Assembly (NCBI GenBank): GCA_964016885.1
Contig: OZ024747.1
Location: 64,666,001-64,730,000 of the forward strand
DNA: 64,000 nucleotides
Direction: 5' to 3'
DNA from: Eledone cirrhosa
Lineage: Eukaryota
The notes under the pieces are model-generated. The model was given only the letters and a program-made list of their open reading frames with translations, was not told the DNA's origin and made no database searches. Below, piece after piece: positions 54,960 through 64,000 of the stretch. The translations under genes were made by a program, and so were the position numbers. Within the stretch, counting starts at the first letter, position 1. Each line of letters starts with the position of its first letter.

Positions 54960-57900
54960 CTACAGAACAATGTAGAGAGAAGGCCCATTTACACGAGCCA
55001 TTCTCGCTTCTTTCATCCACCTTTCATAAAACTGTCTGGGGCCAAGCACTTCTCTCTCCATCCTGATCCTTCTTCCGAAGTGGTATCGGAAGAAGTAAAC
55101 CAGGTGATGGCCGGAGAGAAAGTCACCCGACCTCAGACCTTTCAGGCGCGTCCACCACACAACCTCTTTCATCATGGCTATTACGCACAGAAAGACCGCC
55201 TCTGCTTCGTTTCTGAAGGGAGGCGGCGGCTTGATGTTCACCATAGACTCGGCGGTTAATCGAATCGGCACCACACGCGACAGCAGTCGTTCGACGTAGC
55301 CCCACAGATCGGCAACGCCCGGGCAGTGTACCAGTGCATGCGCAACGGTTTCCTCGTCGCGCACGCATCTGGGACAGATCTTTTTCGCTGGATCCCTGCC
55401 CGGGCGCCCGTGTCTGTAGAGCTTTTCTCGAACGGGCAGAGCCCCCCGGTAACACTGCCAGGCTAGGGACCTCTGGAAGTTGTCCATGGGTCCCGGGCCG
55501 AAAGTTCTACCGAACAGGCTGGCCAGTTCGTCCTCCTCCATGCCTAGCGACTCTCCAAGGGTGTCGTCGCCCCTGCTAGCCACCAGCCCTCTATAGAATG
55601 TCGAGGTGGATTCTCCACTGACAGTCGGGTCCGCTTGCCAGATAGCCGTGAGCGCCTGGGCACACTCGGTGTGCCAGTTGCCCAGTTTTCTCGGTCTTTG
55701 CTTCACCCAGGATTGCAGCTCGGTGAGCGAGACGAGCTGTGGGAAGGCTCGCCTCACAAACGGGGCCCACACCGGCTGACCGGTGAGGAATACCTGTAGA
55801 TGCCGTAGCCTCAATGCGTGCCTACGCATCAACAGCCACGGCATACCCAGCCCTCCTTTCGAAGGGTGCTGGCAGCAGATGGATCTCCTCACCATGGGAG
55901 GCCGCTTCTTCCAGAGGAACTGGAAGAGCATGCGTTCCATGATGGTGATCTTTTCCTTGGGGCAAGGCACGACGGTCAGGCGGTAGCAGATGACGGACGC
56001 TATGTAAGCGTTCGTCACCTCCGCCCGACCTTTCAGTGATAGTTTGCACTTGGCCCACTTCTGGGTCAGCGCAAACACCCTGCTCGTCACCTCGCCCCAA
56101 TTCTTCTCCACCTGGAGGTCCGGTCCGAACCAGACCCCGAGCAGCTTCACCGGGCCCTCCGTCCACCGCCCGACGACACCGTCTAACGGCATCGGTTTGC
56201 CCCTCCACGTTCCGAGTTGCAAACCGACTGACTTGTCCCGGTTCAGCCTAGCCCCCGTCAGCCTTTCGTATTCCTCCAGTAGGGTGGCGATCGCCCCGAT
56301 TTCCGAGGCGTCCGCCACCATTACTGTTACGTCGTCGGCATAGACCGAGACCGCTTTGTGCAATCCCGGTTCCAGGGGTATGCCCCGCAGCAACTCCAAC
56401 TTCCGCAGCAGTGGCTCGAGAGTCAATACGTACAGAAGGGAGGAGAGGGGGCACCCCTGTCTGATGGACCGGGTGATTTGAAACGGCTCCGAGAGGTAGC
56501 CGTTTACTTTAATCCTAGAGTAGATGTTGCCACTGTGCATGGCAGAAATCCAGCCCCTGAAAACGGGTCCGAAGCCCGCCGCCGCTAGCACCGCATCCAG
56601 GTAACCATGGTCGACCTTATCGAACGCCTTAGATTGATCCAAGTTGATCAGGGCCCCACCAAAGCCGGGTTCGTTGCCAACCCTCTCTATGATGTATCGC
56701 ATGAGGTGGAGGTTGTCGTGAATGGACCTGGACGGGATAGCGCATGTCTGCGCGTCTCCCACCAAACCACCCACCACAAGCGCCAACCTCTTCGCCAACA
56801 CCTTGGCCAAAATCTGTAACTCTGCATTCAGCAGAGTTATGGGCCTAAAGTTACTTAAGTCGTCCCCCTTGCTCTCGTCCTTCCTCACTAGCGTGACCAC
56901 GCCATTGGTCACAGTACAGGGAATTCTCCCGTTCTGTTGCCAGTTGCAATAGACAGCCTCGAGGAGTTCGGAGAACAAGACCGGCATAGCTAAATAAAGT
57001 TCGTATGGTAGACCATCGAGACCCGGAGATTTGCGTCTGCTGCATTGGCTGAGCGCTTCCCCGATTTCAGTGGCTGTGATTGGCCTTTCGCAGCACTCCG
57101 CTTCGCCGCTCGAAAGACGCGGTAGACCGTCGAGGTATGGACCGAAGTCCACATCCCCGTCCGGCCCCCCGCCCCCTCCGAACAGTCGAGCAAAGTGCCT
57201 TTGAAAGGCCTCGCACATCCGCTCAGGTTCAAGGATCACCCATCCATCCTGGTCTCGCAAAGACCGAATGGTGGATTTAATCCCACTCTTGGCTTCTGTC
57301 ACGCGGGCCCAGCTAACAGCTTTGGTCCCCTCGTTTCCTAAAGCACGTATTTTACTTCGGACAACGCAGCCTTCGTGCTTCGCGTCAAAGAACTGGCTCA
57401 ACGCCGTTCTCGCCGCTAACACTCTGGCTACGTCTCCGCTCCTAATCGCCTCTTCTAGTTTATCTGTTAACTCCCTTTCCTTCCTATTTCTATTCGCCGC
57501 TAGTTCCTTACTGTAACGTATCGAACTTACTCTAATCTCTCTCTTTAGAGATACCCGCCACCTACTGTTGACGATCGCTCCCGTCAACCGCATCTTAACT
57601 AAGCTACTAATCCGGTTCCTGTAATCTTTCTTTGCCGGCAAGGACAAGTTCATCTTCCAGTAACCGGGACCCTGTCTATGCGTTCTATCAAGGTTGACCA
57701 CGCAGGTCACTAATTTGTGATCTGAATAGCCAACCATGATCAATTCTGGACAACTAAATACGTCCCTATCCTTACTCCTAACCAAAAACCTATCTAGGTA
57801 CGATCTAGATTGTCCACTGCGGTTTGCCCAGGTCCAGGTTGGCGCAGTTGGACAATCTAGTCGAAATCTATCGACCAGGTCGAATCGATCGAGTAACCCC

Positions 57901-58393
57901 TTGAGACTGCTACACCCCCCTCTATCGGGACATGCCCCTGCATAGTCCCAACGCGCATCTAGGATTCCATTCCAGTCCCCCACTAAAAGCAGGGAACGCG
58001 ACGTTTCTAGAAAAGTCTCCAGACGCTGGAAGAAGTCGGCTCTTTCAGCCCCGAAGGGGGTATAAAGACCGACCAGTCTGAAAGCCCCGCCTTCACCGCC
58101 TCCGACGTCCAGCACCAGTATTCAACCCCCCGGGTCCGAGTGAACAATCTGTACGTCGAGAGCCAGACGTTTATCCAGCAGTACGGCAACTCCCCCCCCC
58201 CCCCGCCTCCGGGTTGACAGAGAGATGCGTGCATCTCAAAGTCATCGAAGGCGGGAGTCAGCTGTCGCACGCTGCTGATCCGACTCTCGCAAACAACCAT
58301 CACATCTATACTTCGTGACCTGAGGTCACTTAGTAGCTTTGCTTGCTTCCAAGCTGAGCCCAGGCCACGCGCGTTCAAACAGCCAACTCTCAA
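54960..58393 (-). CDS. ORF2: APE endonuclease + reverse transcriptase + C-terminal Cys-rich domain (N-terminus disrupted; 54960-58115 open)
   Basis: GCLNARGL, VGDWN, SYLDRF, SDH, GPGYWKMN, SPGLDGL, FRPITLLN, LDQSKAFD, RQGCPLS, YADD and KGGLG motifs. Frameshift in a G13 run (58192-58204) and TGA at 58122-58124. Confidence 0.93.
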
Positions 58394-58398
58394 TTGAT

Positions 58399-60225
58399 CT
58401 ATTTTGGTGTTGAACGTGAAGAAAGAAAAGCACTTACCTCTCCGGGTTGTGTAATTTCCATGGCGTCAGGTGTGTTGGGTGGAGGGATGTTTTGTGGTGG
58501 TGTGGGGGTGCCCGAGTGTGGTTGGGTTGGGGTGTTTGGAGTTGTGTCAGGGAGAGGGGAGGTTATGGGGAAATCTTTCAAGAGGACGCGATTTAACGGT
58601 TTTAAACAGGGGGGGGGGGGGGGGGGGCTCACGTCCTGTCTAAATTGTTCTTTTAAGGAACGATAAAGGTCCAGAGGGACCTTTATCATTTTTAAATGGG
58701 TGAAGTTCTCTGTTGAGATAAAGTTTGGCCCTTCGGTCTGCACCAAAGGGCTATTGTTTATTAATATAAACAGTTTTTTGTTTTCTTTATTTATATATGT
58801 GTATTGCAATGTCTTTTTTTGTGATGCTGTCAATGTTTCGGAGAGGGGAGGCGCAGATTTATTTTTGTTTGTTGAGGGTGGGGTGTTTTTTATTGGAGTT
58901 GGTGTTTGTGTGTGGGTTATTTGTGGTGTGCTGGGTGTGTGCTTTCTTTTTTTTCTTTTAACTTGTCTGAAGGCTTCTCCTCCTTCTTCTTCAGAAGTTG
59001 GGGGAAACTCTTCAGCGCTAGGTGGGAGGGACGTCGTGTCTGGTTTTTTTTTTGCGGGAGGGGTAAATTTGTTGCTGTTTTTTTTATTATTTGTTTGGAA
59101 TGCGTTTTGTGGTGTTGGTGGTGCTGTTTGTGTCGTGCTTGTGGTTGGTAATGGTGGTGATGGTGTTTGTGTTGGCGATGGTGGTGGTGATTTTTGTGTC
59201 GAGCTTGTGTTTGCTGCTGGTGGTGGTGATGTGCTTGGTGGTGTTTGTATTTTGTTTGCTGTGTGTGGTATTAGTGTATTTTTGGAGGCGGGTGGTGTTG
59301 GTGTACTGTTTGTGGTGGGTCTGGGCAATAGTCCTTTTTGGGGGACACGTTTCGGGCAGTTAGCCTTAATGTGTCCCCTTTCCATGCATAAATAGCATGC
59401 TGGTCTTCTCCCCTCTACAATTATATCTATTGGGGTGAGCTCATCCAGCCAGATGCGATCCGGGATTTGTGCTATTCTTTCGGGCCTCATTTGGACTAGT
59501 AGGTCGAGGCCCATTCCCAGGAACGCATCTCCGGATGCCTTCCCCATTGACAGCACTGTGTCCTCGCCCATGTCTATGAAGCCAGCAATAGCCCACCAGA
59601 AGTCCATTGTGGGCAGCATTGTTTGTATTTTTACTCTCTGTGTTCTTCTACCCATGTAGGAGGGATAGAAGCTGTATGTTGTCGATGAGAGTGGGCTTAT
59701 GGAAAGCTTCTCCGCCGTTTCCTTGTCTTTTGTTAAGACCGAAATGCTGCCATAGAGTCGGTCCTTTCGTATGAAGAGAATATTCTTCATATAGTCTTTT
59801 AGGACCAACTCTATCTCCATTTGGCTGGGCTGTGCTGGCTTTCTTGTTTCGTTTAGGATTGTTCTGAAGAGAACTGTGTTCTCTGTTCTCGCTTTCTTGA
59901 ATTCTGGGGGGGAGTTAATGGAAAACATTCCATTTTCCCCCAAAACAATGTGTTTCTTTGCTTCGGCCAGTTTTTCTCTGGCGGCCGTTAGGTCAATTGG
60001 TGTGTATGTAATGGATTGTTTTGTTTTCTGGGCGAAAGTTGCCCTGTTGTTATTTGTATTATTTTCTGTTTGTTTGTTTTCCGTTTGCTTATTTTCCTTA
60101 ACATTTGTTTTTTCATTTTCTTTGTTTGTTTCGTTGTCTAATTTTGTTGTAATTATTTTTTGTTCTTCAGACTTGGGGGGCGTGGCAGAGCTAATGGCAG
60201 ACATGTCTGCCATCTTTTCCGCCAT
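58399..60225 (-). CDS. ORF1: nucleic-acid-binding protein with a CCHC zinc knuckle and Pro/Thr-rich tail
   Basis: 608-aa open frame with CYLCMERGHIKANC and a basic VKRKKRK stretch, directly upstream of ORF2. Confidence 0.92.
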   Translation of the reverse strand: MAEKMADMSAISSATPPKSEEQKIITTKLDNETNKENEKTNVKENKQTENKQTENNTNNNRATFAQKTKQSITYTPIDLTAAREKLAEAKKHIVLGENGMFSINSPPEFKKARTENTVLFRTILNETRKPAQPSQMEIELVLKDYMKNILFIRKDRLYGSISVLTKDKETAEKLSISPLSSTTYSFYPSYMGRRTQRVKIQTMLPTMDFWWAIAGFIDMGEDTVLSMGKASGDAFLGMGLDLLVQMRPERIAQIPDRIWLDELTPIDIIVEGRRPACYLCMERGHIKANCPKRVPQKGLLPRPTTNSTPTPPASKNTLIPHTANKIQTPPSTSPPPAANTSSTQKSPPPSPTQTPSPPLPTTSTTQTAPPTPQNAFQTNNKKNSNKFTPPAKKKPDTTSLPPSAEEFPPTSEEEGGEAFRQVKRKKRKHTPSTPQITHTQTPTPIKNTPPSTNKNKSAPPLSETLTASQKKTLQYTYINKENKKLFILINNSPLVQTEGPNFISTENFTHLKMIKVPLDLYRSLKEQFRQDVSPPPPPPCLKPLNRVLLKDFPITSPLPDTTPNTPTQPHSGTPTPPQNIPPPNTPDAMEITQPGEVSAFLSSRSTPK

Positions 60226-60969
60226 GCTGCCAAGAACGAAATTTTTTCGGCAAAATTAGATATTTATTTTACCCCCTAAAAAGGGGGTAAATGCAAAAAT
60301 GTTTCCCTAAATAACAGGGGTTAGTGTTCCAAATGTGTTGCACTGAAAAATTTATCCGGTACTTACAATAGTAAGGGTAAATCCCGATGGAATAGCGGAG
60401 CCGATGTGAAGCGTGTCTTACTCTATCAAGATAGATAAATAGATAGATAGATAGATTTCTATAGATAGATAGATGGATAGATAGATAGAAGTGAAAGGCC
60501 CCGAGTATGGGGTGGGGGGCTCATGTGCGAATTATGATGGATGGTTATGTTTTCGATATAGACATACAAGTATTTTAAGAGATAAATGAGGAAGAATGTT
60601 CTTCTTCGTTTATAGCTAGATTTATATCTATGTTACTTAAGACAGCCATCTATATTTATTTCATTTAAAAAGATTTTTTCTCATGATAGCTGTACTGATG
60701 ATGCATAAGTTACTAATGCATAAATCGTCTTTCTTCGAAGTCCCGTCTGACGTCCGACCAATAGAGGTAGATATAACTGTACAACAGTACAATGAGCAGC
60801 TTCATTCGTTGTATTTGCATACATAGAGATGTCACGCGTGTATGCATATATGTATGTATGTATATATGTAAATATGAATCTATGTGTGTGCTGCACATAT
60901 ACATGTATATATATATATATATATATACACGGAAAGAGACTGATAAATAGTAATACATGCATATGTATG

Positions 60970-61050
<81 letters not shown>

Positions 61051-61215
61051 ACATATAAATATATGTACACATATATATGTATATTTATATACATATATAT
61101 ATATATATATATATTTGTATATATGTATTTATACATATATATATATATTTATATATATCTATGTAGATTATATGTGTTTGTGTGCATATAAATACAAAGA
61201 GATTCGTAGATGGGA

Positions 61216-61281
<66 letters not shown>

Positions 61282-62027
61282 GTATTGAAATAGTATATAA
61301 ATAGTGCTTATATTTAGAGTTGCATTTATTTCCACCGGTTCAAGAAGTAAATGTTTTTGTCTCATCAGATACCATTAAAATACATGTTAGTGAATCCATC
61401 ATAGAGCCTGCTTTGTTTGATTCGGATCCTACGGTTGTGTTTGTAAATCGACCCTTGCGGCTATATTGAGGGTCGTAGATCTTTTCCAGTCCCTGTGTGG
61501 ATCTGGTATTGCTGCTGTCACGAATTTTCATTGTATTGGTGGATCTGTAGTTGGTTTCAGAATGAATGGGCTTTTTACTAAAGCACACATACACATGAGC
61601 TGTTGAGAGTTAAGGGTGTATCTGTGGGTTAGTGTGGGTGAGTAGTCTGAAGTTGGATAACAGTTATGTTCTGTTGTCAGCAGTATATGCTGCCTATTGA
61701 TGAGGCAGAGGAATTATTGAGGTCTAAAAAGAAATGAGTTCAAGCGGAGATTTACCCAGTTTGCTCAGTTCATTTCGGACAAGATAAGAGATTTATACAC
61801 TTCAATGTAGAGTTTTTTATAAAGATATCTTGACCAACAGTACAACATTACCAGCATTAAATGCGTCATCCAGTATAGAACAGTACAATAACTGTTTAGG
61901 TTCTGCAACTATTGGCTCTGACTATGTCAAAAGTTGAGTTACCGGCAGCAAAGTGAGATGTTAATCCACAATTTCAACGTAATGTGTTGATTGATCTTTT
62001 ATACGTTCGAACCCACATCGAACACAG

Positions 62028-62085
<58 letters not shown>

Positions 62086-62262
62086 ACATATATATATAAA
62101 TATATATATATATACAGAGAGAGAGAGAGAGAAGGAGATGAATATATATACGTATATATCCATTCATCTATTCATTCACACAAACATACATATAAGCATA
62201 GATTTGCATACACCTATATCGACACAGGGACGTGTCTGTATCTGTATAGGGACATTAAAGTG

Positions 62263-62357
<95 letters not shown>

Positions 62358-62743
62358 ACATTAATAATACATTACAATGATATATTTATTACGTTACTGT
62401 GAAGTATTTATTTTCTTTGCTATATGTTAAATTGTAAAATTATAACCTTTACCTAAGTTCTATACAAAATTGATATAACATATTTATGGGCATCCTTTTG
62501 TTCATTTTACATCTTCTCGTAGAATTATTTCACTGTTCTAAGTATGGTGGTTGTCATAGATCTAGATATTTTTCTCATATTGTCAAGATATATATCTCAT
62601 ATTGTCGCCTTTTGGGCAGTCATTGAAGAATAACGTACAGCAATCATATAATGATGTGATGATTTATATCGATTAACCAAACCACTCACGTTCATATCTG
62701 TATGCACATGTGTGCATGTACATACACAGAAAGGAACACATCA

Positions 62744-63325
<582 letters not shown>

Positions 63326-63419
63326 GCTATAAAAGAGATATTTATATATACATACATTTATACACTGACACACTTATATAGAATAACACCTCTTTTTCTT
63401 TATCCATCTATATATATAT

Positions 63420-63451
<32 letters not shown>

Positions 63452-63511
63452 CACTCTTACATACATACATGCATTCTTAACATACATGCATAACAATTTG
63501 AGAGACAGGAT

Positions 63512-63620
<109 letters not shown>

Positions 63621-64000
63621 CGTGCATGTGCTTGTGTGCGGGTGCATGTGTGTGTCTGTAAATGTGTTCATGAGTTTTATAGAGGTTAAACTAATACTTA
63701 ATCCAAGATTATTTCAGTTACGTATAATTTACGCAGCTATTTCAAGCAAAAGTGAAACACAGATGATCAAATACATATGATATAAGTGTATTATAATGAG
63801 GGACCACCATAGGTTGTAACCTGTCATTGCAATTATGCAACAGACATATCTAATATATAAACTTCGTTCTGGCCCTTCCAATTAGCTAGACACAGATATA
63901 TCTGAGTGCTTTCACCTCACTCCAATAATGTTCATGAATGTCAGTATAACTTTAACGAGAGTATTCAAAGCACGCATTGAAAATTTAAATTCCTTCTGTT

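Larger units (their letters stand above)
54730..60429 (-). mobile_element. Near full-length Tx1-clade (L1 group) non-LTR retrotransposon
   Basis: 5'UTR, ORF1, ORF2 and a 3'UTR with AATAAA; (GATA)n on both sides. Confidence 0.95.

Noticed and set aside
55334-60259. Plus-strand and alternate-frame ORFs over the Tx1 element
   Set aside because: Shadows of GC-rich or low-complexity coding sequence on the opposite strand.
60695-60730. ctgatga tgcat..atgca taaa, a hammerhead-like motif
   Set aside because: GAAA is replaced by TAAA and there is no convincing stem I or III; at best a dead remnant.
61300-61960. Possible very old Penelope 3' end on the minus strand (ctgatga near 61362-61368, AATAAA, GT-rich stretch)
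   Set aside because: Too decayed; no clear GIY-YIG motif or complete HHR.

Overview
AT-rich, microsatellite-saturated animal DNA, most likely cephalopod (octopus-like); this is inferred from the SINE family and repeat landscape. I cannot support any host gene. Nearly all interpretable sequence is retroelement-derived. (1) A near full-length Tx1-clade LINE (54730-60429, minus) and two 5'-truncated relatives all sit in (GATA)n tracts in the same orientation; both visible 3' ends join the repeat in the same phase, with no poly(A). (2) R4/Dong-type LINE fragments with a restriction-like endonuclease are stacked in (TAA)n tracts. (3) There are RTE-clade fragments and a bipartite RTE-derived non-autonomous element. 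(4) Many tRNA-type SINEs and a few MITEs are present. (5) The most striking signal is a set of apparently unrelated repeats carrying minimal type I hammerhead ribozyme (HHR) motifs, mostly embedded in (TA)n. They include a ~527-bp tandem array with one HHR per unit plus an inverted copy (retrozyme-like, 1482-3638), a Penelope-like GIY-YIG fragment with inverted HHR-bearing terminal repeats (25151-27040), and a family with a U3-A8 variant core. All base pairing was assigned by eye, no folding or database search was run, and boundaries are approximate.
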